Source: Nitrospirae bacterium MYbin3
GTDB lineage: Bacteria > Nitrospirota > Thermodesulfovibrionia > Thermodesulfovibrionales > Dissulfurispiraceae
Direction: 5' to 3'
Length of the DNA stretch: 38,359 nt
Assembly (NCBI GenBank): GCA_002753335.1
Contig: PEAD01000028.1
Coordinates: forward strand, 1-38,359
Positions 25,867 through 36,074 of the stretch are shown in pieces. The notes beneath the pieces are model-generated. The model was not told where the DNA came from, searched no databases, and saw only the letters and a list, made by a program, of their open reading frames with translations. A program made the position numbers and the translations under genes. The first letter of the stretch is position 1; every line of letters begins with the position of its first letter.

Positions 25867-27906
25867 ATGCTGGATGCCCTTTTAAAAAGAAGCGATCTGC
25901 TGCTTGCGGTAGGCATAATGACTGTTCTTATAATCATGATTATTCCTTTGCCGCCATTATTGCTCGATTTGGGCCTTACATTGAGCATTACTCTGTCTGT
26001 AATTATTCTGCTCATATCCTCATACGTCATGAAGCCGTTGGAGTTTTCGGCATTCCCATCGGTGCTGCTTGTTACAACTCTGCTCAGGTTATCACTTAAC
26101 ATCGCATCAACAAGGCTGATACTTCTGAAGGGAGATGAAGGGGTAGAGGCTGCAGGCAAGGTGATCAAGGCTTTCGGCCAGTTTGTGGTTGGCGGAAACT
26201 TTGCGGTGGGCCTTGTTGTATTCATAATTCTTGTTGTTATCAACTTTGTGGTCATAACCAAGGGCTCCGGAAGAATTGCTGAAGTGGCAGCTCGCTTCAC
26301 CTTGGATGCGATGCCCGGAAAGCAGATGAGCATTGACGCAGACCTTAATGCCGGCATGATTGATGAGAAGGAGGCAAGGAAGCGCAGGGAAGAGATTAAG
26401 CGTGAGGCTGACTTCTACGGTGCGATGGACGGCGCGAGCAAATTTGTGAGAGGCGACGCTGTGGCAGGCGTAGTTATTATGCTCATAAATGTGATCGGCG
26501 GATTCATAATAGGCGTACTTCAGAAGAATATGGCGCTGCTTGAAGCAGCTCAAACTTATACCATACTTACGGTTGGTGAAGGGCTTGTAGCCCAGATACC
26601 GTCATTGATCATCTCTACAGCAGCAGGTATTATCGTAACAAGGGCTGCCGCTGAAGCTAATATGGGCAAAGAGGTTATAGGCCAGCTATTTTCTAACCCC
26701 AAGGTTATGGGGACGGCTGCCGGGATACTGGCTTTCTTTGGCCTGATTCCCGGGCTTCCGCACATACCGTTTTTGATGATCGCTACGGTTATGGGCACCG
26801 GAGCCTACCTTTTAAAAAGCACACCACCTGCAGAGGAAGCACCCCCTCCTCAGGAGGCTGTCAAGCCTCCCGAGACGCTCGAGTCTCTTTTGCCTCTTGA
26901 CCCTCTTTCTCTCGAGATAGGGTACGCACTCATACCTCTTGTCGAAGAGGGGGGCTCTCTGCTTGCAAGGATCAAGGCTATTAGAAAACAGATGGTCACG
27001 GAGCTTGGCTTTATCGTGCCTCCTGTTCATATCAAAGACAACCTTTCTCTGAAGCCAACCGGATATTCATTTCTGATAAAGGGCGTAGAGGTGGCTTCGG
27101 GAGAGGTTATTTTGAACAAGTATCTGGCTATATCTCCAGGAACAGAGAGGGAGAACATAGACGGTGTGCCCACAGTTGATCCTGCTTTCGGCCTTAAGGC
27201 TAAGTGGATTGATGAAAGGGATATGGAAAGGGCGCAGCTTGCCGGTTATACCGTTGTTGATGTTTCGGCTGTCATAACCACTCACCTTACCGAGATCGTC
27301 AGAAACCATGCCCACGAACTTCTTGGCAAACAGGATGTCCAGAAGCTTATTGATACTATCGTATCTTCGCACCCTAAGGTTGTTGAAGATTTAATACCCG
27401 GATCATTAAGTCTTGGTGCAGTACAAAAAGTTCTACAAAATCTTATAAAGGAGAGGGTTTCGATACGTGATCTGCAGACCATACTCGAAACCCTTTCGGA
27501 ATTTGCCTCCTCTACAAAAGACCCTGATATGCTTACGGAGTATGTAAGGCAGTCGCTGACAAGGAGCATAACGAAACAGATACAGAATACGGACGGGAAT
27601 ATTTCTGTAATAGTTGTGGACCCAAAGGTTGAACGGACTATGTTGGAATCTGTTCAGACTACAGCTCAGGGCACATATCTGTCGCTTGACCCGGCTGTTC
27701 TGGAAAAGCTGAACGAAAGCATAAGGAGTAATTTTGAGGATGCGGTGACCAAAGGTTTTCTGCCGGTAATACTCTGTTCTCCGGCAACAAGACGTTTTCT
27801 TAAGAGGCTTGCAGAAAGGGTTTCGGCAAGTATTATCGTCGTATCGCACGGAGAGATATTGCCTAATGCAAAGGTTTATTCGATAGGCACAGTAAATGCC
27901 AATTGA
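25867..27906 (+). CDS. flhA: Export apparatus FlhA
   Basis: EVAARFTLDAMPGKQMSIDADL, FYGAMDGASKFVRGD. Confidence 0.98.
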   Translation: MLDALLKRSDLLLAVGIMTVLIIMIIPLPPLLLDLGLTLSITLSVIILLISSYVMKPLEFSAFPSVLLVTTLLRLSLNIASTRLILLKGDEGVEAAGKVIKAFGQFVVGGNFAVGLVVFIILVVINFVVITKGSGRIAEVAARFTLDAMPGKQMSIDADLNAGMIDEKEARKRREEIKREADFYGAMDGASKFVRGDAVAGVVIMLINVIGGFIIGVLQKNMALLEAAQTYTILTVGEGLVAQIPSLIISTAAGIIVTRAAAEANMGKEVIGQLFSNPKVMGTAAGILAFFGLIPGLPHIPFLMIATVMGTGAYLLKSTPPAEEAPPPQEAVKPPETLESLLPLDPLSLEIGYALIPLVEEGGSLLARIKAIRKQMVTELGFIVPPVHIKDNLSLKPTGYSFLIKGVEVASGEVILNKYLAISPGTERENIDGVPTVDPAFGLKAKWIDERDMERAQLAGYTVVDVSAVITTHLTEIVRNHAHELLGKQDVQKLIDTIVSSHPKVVEDLIPGSLSLGAVQKVLQNLIKERVSIRDLQTILETLSEFASSTKDPDMLTEYVRQSLTRSITKQIQNTDGNISVIVVDPKVERTMLESVQTTAQGTYLSLDPAVLEKLNESIRSNFEDAVTKGFLPVILCSPATRRFLKRLAERVSASIIVVSHGEILPNAKVYSIGTVNAN

Positions 27907-27918
27907 TGGGGGGAATAA

Positions 27919-28959
27919 ATGAAATTTAAGAAATTTGTAGGGCAGAGCTTTAAGGAGGTCATGGAGACTATTAAGCAGGAGCTCGGTCCTGATGCGATAA
28001 TTGTTTCTCACAAGAAAATAAATTCTGGCCCTTTTGGAATAATGAATAAGGATGCCATAGAAGTTACGGCGGCCATAGATGAAGCAACGGCTGCTCCTCC
28101 TCCGCGCCAATCTGAAGCAGCACATTTATCAGGCGCTCATGAAATAATGCAGGAGTTGAGAAGCCTTCGCGACGAGCTCGGTTTTCTGAAAGAAACTTTA
28201 AGGCCGATAGTTCCGACATTGAGAGTAGGCAAGGACAAGAAAGGTCTTTTTAATCTTCTTGTCAGGCAGGGAGTAGATACTCATTTTGCTATGATATTGC
28301 TTGAAAGGGCGACAGAATCCATAGACAGCCTTAAAGAGATTATCGGCAGTGATCTGAAAATAGAAGGGCTTAAACAGGCTGAAGAGAAAGGCCTTGTTTT
28401 TCTTGGGCCTTCAGGCGTTGGAAAGACCACCACAATGGCCAAGGTGGCACAGATGCTTGCGGATAAGGATAAGCAGGTCAGTCTTATCTCGCTTGATGAA
28501 GACAGGATAGGTTCGATAGCCGAAATGAAGATCCTTGCAGGACGCCTAAAATGCCCGCTTAAAACCGTAAGAAAGATGTCTGATCTTCCAAAAGTGGTTT
28601 ATAAGGACATACATAGAGGGCCTATTTTAATCGACACTCCGGGGCACTCATTCAAGGAAACTCTTAACGATATAAGAGAGATATTTCCATCAGGGTTTCC
28701 TATCAAAAAATGTTTTCTTATGGATGCCTCTACACACACCGATGCTGCTTTGAAGGCATGGAGGAGCTGCGATACCAACATGATAGATTCAATAGGCTTT
28801 ACAAAACTTGATATGGCGACTCAGTACGGTGGGCTTTACAATATTGCACTGATGACCGGCAGACCGCTTTCTTTGTTGACCACAGGCCCTGATGTGCCTG
28901 ATGCCATAAGGGTTCCGTCTTCTCAATTTCTTGCAGGGCTTGTGATCGGGGGTGTTTAG
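27919..28959 (+). CDS. flhF: SRP-family GTPase FlhF
   Basis: IKQELGPDAII, GPSGVGKTTT, DTPG, TKLD. Confidence 0.93.
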   Translation: MKFKKFVGQSFKEVMETIKQELGPDAIIVSHKKINSGPFGIMNKDAIEVTAAIDEATAAPPPRQSEAAHLSGAHEIMQELRSLRDELGFLKETLRPIVPTLRVGKDKKGLFNLLVRQGVDTHFAMILLERATESIDSLKEIIGSDLKIEGLKQAEEKGLVFLGPSGVGKTTTMAKVAQMLADKDKQVSLISLDEDRIGSIAEMKILAGRLKCPLKTVRKMSDLPKVVYKDIHRGPILIDTPGHSFKETLNDIREIFPSGFPIKKCFLMDASTHTDAALKAWRSCDTNMIDSIGFTKLDMATQYGGLYNIALMTGRPLSLLTTGPDVPDAIRVPSSQFLAGLVIGGV

Positions 28960-29801
28960 TGAAGATAAATGGACCTAAAATCATTGCGGTTTCCAGCGGC
29001 AAGGGCGGGGTTGGCAAAACAAATTTTGTGGCCAATCTTGCGCTTCTTTATGCAGGCATGAACAAGAAGGTTGTGATATTTGATGCGGACCTTGGATTGA
29101 GCAATATAGACGTATTGTTCGGATTGGCGCCAAGGTTTAACCTGAAACATGTATTTTTAGGAGAGAAAAAATTCAAGGATATTATTGTTAAAGGCCCTTC
29201 AGGGATAATGATAATCCCTGCAAGCTCCGGTGTAAGGGCATTGACAAACCTTACTGTGGAGCATAAGCTGAGGCTGATTGCTGACGTTGAAAACTTTAGC
29301 CCTGAATGCGATCTCTTTCTGATTGATACAGGGGCCGGTATTTCTGACAATGTTCTCTTTTTTTGCAGCGCTGCTCAGGATGTTATCGTGATCGTAACAC
29401 CTGAGCCGACGTCTCTTGCGGATGCGTATGCTCTTATAAAAATTCTATCGAGGGATTTCGGCGGCAAGCATTTCAGGATACTTGTGAATACCGCAAGAAC
29501 CGAAAAAGAGGCCCACGATACATTCAGGAAGCTGTATATCGTTGCGGATAAATTCTTGAGCATTTCTTTGGACTATTTAGGGTACCTGCCTTTTGACCAG
29601 CATGTTAAAGATTCGATAATCGCGCAGAGGGGCTTTTTGACGATGTATCCGAACAGCAGTTTTGCTAAAAAACTGGCAGAGATCGGGCGAAAGCTTATGG
29701 ATACAGGTTACGACTACATAGAGGACAATGCTTCCAAGAGGGCGACCGGAGCTCAGAAAATACCTGTGCAGTTTTTTAAAAAGGCGTTCAGGGTTGACTG
29801 A
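28959..29801 (+). CDS. flhG: MinD-like ATPase FlhG/FleN
   Basis: SGKGGVGKTN, DADLGLSN, DTGAGI, PEPTSLADAYA. Confidence 0.94.
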   Translation: MKINGPKIIAVSSGKGGVGKTNFVANLALLYAGMNKKVVIFDADLGLSNIDVLFGLAPRFNLKHVFLGEKKFKDIIVKGPSGIMIIPASSGVRALTNLTVEHKLRLIADVENFSPECDLFLIDTGAGISDNVLFFCSAAQDVIVIVTPEPTSLADAYALIKILSRDFGGKHFRILVNTARTEKEAHDTFRKLYIVADKFLSISLDYLGYLPFDQHVKDSIIAQRGFLTMYPNSSFAKKLAEIGRKLMDTGYDYIEDNASKRATGAQKIPVQFFKKAFRVD

Positions 29802-29832
29802 GACTAAAATGAGGAGTGTGATACAATTTTAA

Positions 29833-30555
29833 ATGGGTAAGGCAACCCAAAAACAGAGGGACAAGATAGTTGAGCAATTTTTGCCGCGTGTAAAATATTA
29901 TGCCGGCAAATATTCTTTCGGCCTTCCGCCAGGACTCAGCTATGACGATTTGGTTTCTGCCGGCGTAGTGGGGTTGCTTGAAGCTGCAGAGAGATATGAT
30001 TCCGAAAAAAATGCCAGCTTGAGCACGTTTGCCGATTTTCGCATACGCGGGGCTATAATTGACGAGGTAAGGTCTATGCAGTGGGCATCCAAAGACGCGC
30101 GAAAAAAACTGGATGATGTACGCCAGACTTACGCTTCTATGGAAAAAGAGCTGAGCAGGCATGTTCTAGATGAAGAGGTTGCAGAGAGGCTTAATCTTAC
30201 GCTGGATGATCTATATAAGACGCTTTCTACTGCTAACACTCTCAATATGCTCAATATCGAAGACATAGCCGTAAATGCCGAGGGAGAGGCGCTTGATATA
30301 CTGGAGTGTGTTGCGAAAGAGGATGATAGGGATGTTATAGAAGAGCTCAATCTTAAGGAGCTCGCAACTGTTCTTGGAGAGTCTATCAACGAGCTGCCAG
30401 AGAAGGAGCGTCTTGTTTTGACTTTGTACTATTACGAAGAGCTTACGATGAAAGAAATAGGCAAGGTGCTTGATGTAAGCGAATCAAGGGTTTGCCAGCT
30501 TCATGGCAAAGCGCTTTTAAAGCTCCGCAGCAAGGTCGAATCTTTTAGAAGCTGA
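29833..30555 (+). CDS. fliA: Flagellar sigma factor sigma28 FliA
   Basis: DDLVSAG, RIRGAIIDEVR, LYYYEELTMKEIG..VSESRVCQ. Confidence 0.96.
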   Translation: MGKATQKQRDKIVEQFLPRVKYYAGKYSFGLPPGLSYDDLVSAGVVGLLEAAERYDSEKNASLSTFADFRIRGAIIDEVRSMQWASKDARKKLDDVRQTYASMEKELSRHVLDEEVAERLNLTLDDLYKTLSTANTLNMLNIEDIAVNAEGEALDILECVAKEDDRDVIEELNLKELATVLGESINELPEKERLVLTLYYYEELTMKEIGKVLDVSESRVCQLHGKALLKLRSKVESFRS

Positions 30556-30714
30556 TTTGTTTTCTGTCTTTTCCGGCTCTATTTTTTTCATGATTTTTTT
30601 TATTTCTAGGTAGTATAATGTTACGTTAAAGTAGTTATACGTTTCGGTTGTAAAAATCCCGAAAATATTTCGTTGGGATTGTTTTAGATATCTCTATTCA
30701 TGAAGGGAAGAAAG

Positions 30715-32568
30715 ATGGCCAAGAATATCAAAAAACTGATTCAGAAGCTGTCTAACGCTGACCCATCGGTCAGAAGGTTTGCTGCTGAGGAGCTCTCCGA
30801 AGCTGACGAAAGGGCTATTTATCCTCTCATAAAATGTCTCAATGATGATAATGCAGGGGTTCAGGACGCAGCTATGCGTTCTCTTATATTTATAGGCGGA
30901 GAGGCTACGGCCTATATGGTGCTTCCCCTTATGAGAGAGAATACACTGCTGAGAAACACCGCCTTGATAATACTCAGAGACTTAGGCGAGATATCTGTGC
31001 CGCTGTTGTATTCCCTGCTTAGGGACAAGGATGAAGATGTAAGAAAATTCGCAATTGATTTGCTGGGTGAGATAAAGACCGGCGTTGATGCCTCTAAGCT
31101 TCTGCCGAGTTTTAAAGACCCAAACGCAAATGCACGGGCCGCTGTCGCAAAGGCGGTAGGCCTTCTTGAATATAGGGATGCTTTGCCTAGCCTTATTGCT
31201 GCACTTGACGATGAGGAATGGGTCGCTTTTTCTGCGCTGGAGTCTTTAGGACTGTTAAAGGCTGAGGAATCTGTAGAAAGCATAGCTGCCCTTTTGGAAA
31301 AAGGTTCTGAAGCCCTCAGGTTTGTAGCTATAGAGACATTGGGCCAGATAGGGTCCGCAAAAGGTGTTGATGTTTTGAGGTCATATCTTGCAAAGGCATC
31401 TGATGATGAAAAGAATGCGGTTATAAAGAGCCTGATTCAGATCGGCATCACTCCGGACATGTCCGAAATATCGTGTCATCTGCTTCCCATGCTGAAAGAG
31501 GGCGACTGGGATGACAGAGAAGTTGTTCTGAAAGGCATTGTTGGCCTTAACTGCACAGAGGCTGTACCCCTTCTTGTTGATATTGCAGGCTCCCTTGATT
31601 CTTCTATGCCCGGCAATGAAGAAAGGCTCAATAATGTAAGAAATACGCTTACGTCTATTAATTCAGAGGATGAACTTATCAAGCTTCTTGACTCTACAGA
31701 CCTGAGGTATAGAGGCAAAGCGTTTGCTATAGAGATATTAGGAGAGACAAAAAGCAAAAAGTCAGTTTCACGGTTGTTGAACTATCTGAACGACATGCGC
31801 AGAGATTTGAGAAGGGCGTCGGCCGAGGCTCTCGGAGAAATTCAGGACCCTGATCCAGATGCTATTAAAGGACTGTTGGATGCTTCTCATCAGGATGTTG
31901 ATTCGCATGTAAGGCGCACTTCGATAGATGCCCTAGGCAATATAAAGTCAAAAGCTGCTGTAAAACCCCTGCTTGAACTTATGGAAGTTGAGAGATACCG
32001 CGATGTGCTTGAACGAATAGTAAAGGCTCTGCTTAATATAGATGCAGAATCTTTTCTTGCCAATATAGGCGGATATAATGAGACAGTTAAGGAAATAATA
32101 GCCGACACTGTAAGCGATTTAGATGTGTTGCTAAAACTTTCTGAAGACAATTCCAAAAAAGTAAAAAGCGCCGCAATACACAGCTTAGGCAAGGTAGGCA
32201 CAGCAGCGGCGCTGCTGAAGCTTTCGTCATTCCTTTCGGATAGTGATTCTGATATCAGGAGGGCCGCGGTTGTCGGATTGGGCGAGGCGGGCTACTGTTC
32301 TCAGGATTTGATAAACGCTCTTCATGACTCAGATCCATGGGTCAGGTTTTATACGATAAAGAGTGTTGGATTTTCTTGCGACAGGGAGAGGTCCATAGAA
32401 TTGATCAGGGATATGCTTGACGATGAATTTATTCCTGTGGTCATGTCGGCAATAGACGCGATTATGAATTTAGGCGGCAGAGAGGCTTATGAAGTTTTGA
32501 GCGCTCACGAGGAGCATCCTAATCCTGATGTCAGAGACAAGATAAGGGAGGCTCTGAACAATATATGA
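30715..32568 (+). CDS. HEAT/PBS-lyase repeat protein, chemotaxis-associated
   Basis: Repeated D..VR..A..ALG units along the whole length; ATGA overlap with cheR; start 30715 follows AAGGGAAG (30700 is an alternative). Confidence 0.88.
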   Translation: MAKNIKKLIQKLSNADPSVRRFAAEELSEADERAIYPLIKCLNDDNAGVQDAAMRSLIFIGGEATAYMVLPLMRENTLLRNTALIILRDLGEISVPLLYSLLRDKDEDVRKFAIDLLGEIKTGVDASKLLPSFKDPNANARAAVAKAVGLLEYRDALPSLIAALDDEEWVAFSALESLGLLKAEESVESIAALLEKGSEALRFVAIETLGQIGSAKGVDVLRSYLAKASDDEKNAVIKSLIQIGITPDMSEISCHLLPMLKEGDWDDREVVLKGIVGLNCTEAVPLLVDIAGSLDSSMPGNEERLNNVRNTLTSINSEDELIKLLDSTDLRYRGKAFAIEILGETKSKKSVSRLLNYLNDMRRDLRRASAEALGEIQDPDPDAIKGLLDASHQDVDSHVRRTSIDALGNIKSKAAVKPLLELMEVERYRDVLERIVKALLNIDAESFLANIGGYNETVKEIIADTVSDLDVLLKLSEDNSKKVKSAAIHSLGKVGTAAALLKLSSFLSDSDSDIRRAAVVGLGEAGYCSQDLINALHDSDPWVRFYTIKSVGFSCDRERSIELIRDMLDDEFIPVVMSAIDAIMNLGGREAYEVLSAHEEHPNPDVRDKIREALNNI

Positions 32569-33395
32569 ACCTTACGATGACCGACGATGTATTTAAACAG
32601 ATCAGGGATTTTATATATGAAAAGAGCGGTATATTTATTCCTGACAATAAGAAATATTTTCTCGAAAACAGGCTCGGAAGGCGTGTGCAGGAGAAAAGTC
32701 TTAAGGGCTATGAGGATTATCTGTATGTGGTGAAATTCGGTACTGATAAAAATGAGATGATCAAGCTTTTTGATCTTGTTACAACAAACGAGACATTCTT
32801 TTTCAGGGAACCGCAGCAGTTCGATGTTTTTACGGGAGAGCTTTTCAACCGCATAACCGCAGAGAATGCCAAAGGCGGACGCAGGGATATAAAAGTCTGG
32901 TGCGCTGCCTCATCAACAGGCGAGGAACCTTACACAATTGCTATGCTTCTTCTCGAAAAGCCTGAGGCTAAATCACTTAGGACAGAGATTTATGCCTCGG
33001 ATATCAGTGAGTCTGTGCTGGCCTCGGCAAAGGCCGCATCTTACGGTTCCTATGCTATCAGGAATGTTCCAGATGTTTATATGAAAAAATATTTCAGTAC
33101 GGTAAATCAGCAGTACCAGCTTTCTTCAACCGTAAAATCGATGGTCAAGTACATGAAGATAAATCTTATGGATGACAGGGATGTCAGGGCTGTGAGAGGC
33201 GTTGATGTAATCTTCTGCAGGAATGTCCTGATATATTTTGACGAGAAGGCCAAGCAGAAGGCGGTTTCATTGATGTATGATGCGCTGAGGCCGAACGGTT
33301 ATCTTTTCGTAGGCACTTCAGAGAGCCTTCATAATATTACGAGGGCTTTCAGGCCGGTAATTATAAACAAAGTGATCGTTTACCAAAAAGTATGA
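32565..33395 (+). CDS. cheR: MCP methyltransferase CheR
   Basis: TTNETFFFRE, WCAASSTGEEPY, DVIFCRNVLIYFD. Confidence 0.96.
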   Translation: MNLTMTDDVFKQIRDFIYEKSGIFIPDNKKYFLENRLGRRVQEKSLKGYEDYLYVVKFGTDKNEMIKLFDLVTTNETFFFREPQQFDVFTGELFNRITAENAKGGRRDIKVWCAASSTGEEPYTIAMLLLEKPEAKSLRTEIYASDISESVLASAKAASYGSYAIRNVPDVYMKKYFSTVNQQYQLSSTVKSMVKYMKINLMDDRDVRAVRGVDVIFCRNVLIYFDEKAKQKAVSLMYDALRPNGYLFVGTSESLHNITRAFRPVIINKVIVYQKV

Positions 33396-33423
33396 GACCG
33401 GAAGACAAGATAGGGAGGGTCGG

Positions 33424-33816
33424 ATGAAGATACTCATTGTCGATGACGACAAGACCACAAGAAAACTGCTGTCTCTTTACTTGAAAGGCAAGGGGTACGA
33501 GATTGTGACGGCAGAGAACGGGTTGGATGCCCTTGAAAAGATAGGCACCGAAGGCATAAACCTTATAGTATCTGACATGAACATGCCGTACATGGACGGC
33601 ATAGAACTTACAAAAACGGTAAGAAAAGACCCTGCTATGTCGGGGTTGCCTATCGTGATGGTTACAACAGAGGCTGATGATGACGAGAAGAAGAAGGCGT
33701 TTGAAGCCGGTGTTGATGACTATCTTGTAAAGCCTACTAATGCAGAGCAGATAACAGATGCAATAAAGAAAATACTAAAAAAAATGTTTAAATCCGGAGG
33801 TGAAAGCAATGTCTAA
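33424..33816 (+). CDS. CheY-like single-domain response regulator
   Basis: VDDD, SDMNMP, VTTE, VKP. Confidence 0.85.
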   Translation: MKILIVDDDKTTRKLLSLYLKGKGYEIVTAENGLDALEKIGTEGINLIVSDMNMPYMDGIELTKTVRKDPAMSGLPIVMVTTEADDDEKKKAFEAGVDDYLVKPTNAEQITDAIKKILKKMFKSGGESNV

Positions 33817-34225
33817 TTTAAATGTAAGTCTTAAGGTTTTGGTGGTTGATGATTTTCCGACTATGAGAAGGATAGTGAAAAATCTTCTGAAGCAGCTTGG
33901 GTTCGAAAACATTGAAGAGGCAGAGAACGGCCAGATGGCTTTGGATAAGCTTAGGGTTGGCGGTTTTGGCCTTGTTGTGACGGACTGGAATATGCCTGTA
34001 ATGGAGGGAATCGACCTACTGAGAAATCTCAGAAAAGAGCCGAACGATAAGATAAAAGATCTGCCTGTGCTTATGGTTACGGCAGAGGCAGAGAAAGAAA
34101 AGGTCATAGAGGCGATTAAGGCCGGCGTTGACAACTATATAGTCAAGCCATTCACCGCCGAAACCCTGAAAGAAAAGCTTGACAAGATTGCTGACAAAAA
34201 GAAATCACTGAAGGCTGGAGGCTAA
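33809..34225 (+). CDS. cheY: Chemotaxis response regulator CheY
   Basis: [46 protein letters not shown] before ATG 33809. Confidence 0.94.
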   Translation: MSNLNVSLKVLVVDDFPTMRRIVKNLLKQLGFENIEEAENGQMALDKLRVGGFGLVVTDWNMPVMEGIDLLRNLRKEPNDKIKDLPVLMVTAEAEKEKVIEAIKAGVDNYIVKPFTAETLKEKLDKIADKKKSLKAGG

Positions 34226-34226
34226 T

Positions 34227-36053
34227 ATGGCTGATGAAATGGATGAAATAATATCCGAATTCGTCACCGAAGCCGAAGAAACGATAGAAAAGATAGACCC
34301 GATGTTTGTCGAGCTAGAGACGAAGGGGCACGACAAGGATATTCTTAACGAGATATTCCGTGGCATGCATACGCTGAAGGGCGCAGCAGGCTTTTTGGGT
34401 TTTCAGCAGATCGTTGATGTGGCTCACAGGTCCGAGAGCATTATGAAGAAGCTGCGCGAGGGCGAAATAGCGCTTTCTCAGGAGTTGATGGATGTTGTTT
34501 TTCAGAGTGTTGATGTTCTTCGGTCTTTAATCCATCATGTGAAGCTCAAGGATGGTGTTGAGGAGGACATTTCGGGAATAACCGGCAGGCTTGACCTCGC
34601 GTTGGACACCGCTGTTTCTGCAGGTATGGGGGGGGCTCCACCTCAAGCAGCTGCCGAGGAGTCAATACCTCCTAAGGCTTCCGAAGCTACTGCACAAGAT
34701 TCTTCATCAGTATCTCAGGAGCAACAGCCATCTCAGAGCATCGAGGTTGCAGAAGCTAAGCATGAAGAGAAGCAGGACAAAAAGCCTGCTAAGCCTGCAT
34801 CAGCGCCTGCCGCTCCTGAAGATACGGTGCAGCAGATATCCAAAGAAAAAGAAGTTGTAGCAAATTTAAGGGTTGACGTCAATAGGATCGACAAGGTTAT
34901 GGATCTCGCAGGAGAGATAGTTCTTGCCAGAAACAGGCTACTGAACCTTGCGGCAAAGCTTGATGCGAGCTATTCCGGAGACAAGAATGTCGAGAGCATG
35001 CTTGAGACCACCGCGTTTTTAGACAGGGTGACTTCGGATTTGCAGCTTGCTGTTATGAAGATGAGGATGCAGCCTATACAAAAAGTTTTCGGCAAGTTTC
35101 CAAGAATGGTGCGGGATATGTCCCGAACTCTCGGCAAGGATATCGATCTCGAAATGTTTGGTGAAGAGACGGAAGTTGATAAGACGGTTATCGAGAACAT
35201 CGGAGACCCGTTGGTCCACATAATCAGAAACTCTATAGACCATGCAATAGAGTTCAGTGATGAAAGGGAGCAAAAGGGCAAGCCTAAAAAAGGAAGAATC
35301 ATTCTTAGCGCCGAACAGAAGGGAACACAGATTATCATAGAGGTTGCTGATGACGGCAAGGGCATAGATGTTGAAGCGGTTAAGAGGAAAGCTATTAAGA
35401 ACGGGCTTATAACCGAGGACGAGGCTTTAAAGATGTCGGATGATTCGGCTATTAATCTTATATTCCTTCCGGGCTTTTCGACCAAGGAGGTCTCTACTGA
35501 ACTAAGCGGCCGAGGCGTCGGAATGGACGTGGTTAAAACAAATGTGGCCAAACTGAACGGCTACTGCGAGGTTATGACCAAGAAGGATGTAGGTTCTACT
35601 TTCCGCATAAGCCTGCCGCTCACATTGGCGATACTTCAGGCCATGATGGTTAGGATCGGCGAAGAATATTATGCTATTCCTCAGACCATGATCGAGGAGA
35701 CGCTCAGGGTTAAAAAGAGCGATATAAAGGATGTAACCAAGCAGAAGGTGCTTACCATCAGAGGCAGGGTTATTCCTCTTTTCGATCTGTCAGAGATTTT
35801 GGGTGTGCGCAACAGACAGATGCTCGACACCGAGAACAGATATCTGCTGGTTGCTCTTGTGGGTGACAGAAGGTTTTGCATGTCGGTTGACGAACTTTTA
35901 GGACAGGAAGAAATAGTAATTAAGATGATAAACGGCATAGAGTCTGAAGAGTGTGGAATACTCGGCGCTACAATAACAGGCGACGGACGTGTTGTTCTGA
36001 TACTCGATCTTGCCGTGATTTCCCGGAACATATTCACCACCGCAAACAAATAA
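34227..36053 (+). CDS. cheA: Chemotaxis histidine kinase CheA lacking P2
   Basis: Hpt FRGMH48TLKG, low-complexity linker, LRVD dimerisation domain, HIIRNSIDH, SGRGVGMDVV, one P5 domain. Confidence 0.96.
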   Translation: MADEMDEIISEFVTEAEETIEKIDPMFVELETKGHDKDILNEIFRGMHTLKGAAGFLGFQQIVDVAHRSESIMKKLREGEIALSQELMDVVFQSVDVLRSLIHHVKLKDGVEEDISGITGRLDLALDTAVSAGMGGAPPQAAAEESIPPKASEATAQDSSSVSQEQQPSQSIEVAEAKHEEKQDKKPAKPASAPAAPEDTVQQISKEKEVVANLRVDVNRIDKVMDLAGEIVLARNRLLNLAAKLDASYSGDKNVESMLETTAFLDRVTSDLQLAVMKMRMQPIQKVFGKFPRMVRDMSRTLGKDIDLEMFGEETEVDKTVIENIGDPLVHIIRNSIDHAIEFSDEREQKGKPKKGRIILSAEQKGTQIIIEVADDGKGIDVEAVKRKAIKNGLITEDEALKMSDDSAINLIFLPGFSTKEVSTELSGRGVGMDVVKTNVAKLNGYCEVMTKKDVGSTFRISLPLTLAILQAMMVRIGEEYYAIPQTMIEETLRVKKSDIKDVTKQKVLTIRGRVIPLFDLSEILGVRNRQMLDTENRYLLVALVGDRRFCMSVDELLGQEEIVIKMINGIESEECGILGATITGDGRVVLILDLAVISRNIFTTANK

Positions 36054-36074
36054 TACAGGAATACTGGAGGATAT

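Noticed and set aside
12064..27906. Injectisome-type T3SS interpretation
   Set aside because: Rod, hook, switch, FlhF/G and FliA genes show it is flagellar.
27433..28125. 230-aa antisense ORF, plus similar shadows (34970..35551, 25830..26357, 9005..9487 etc.)
   Set aside because: Antisense to well-conserved genes; no recognisable motifs.
30600..30700. Possible c-di-GMP riboswitch or sigma28 promoter before the che operon
   Set aside because: Only an imperfect AATCCC..GGGATT stem, with no GEMM-like two-hairpin pattern. CCCGAAAA lacks a spaced TAAA. TATAAT at 30614 has only a weak -35, so no call was made.
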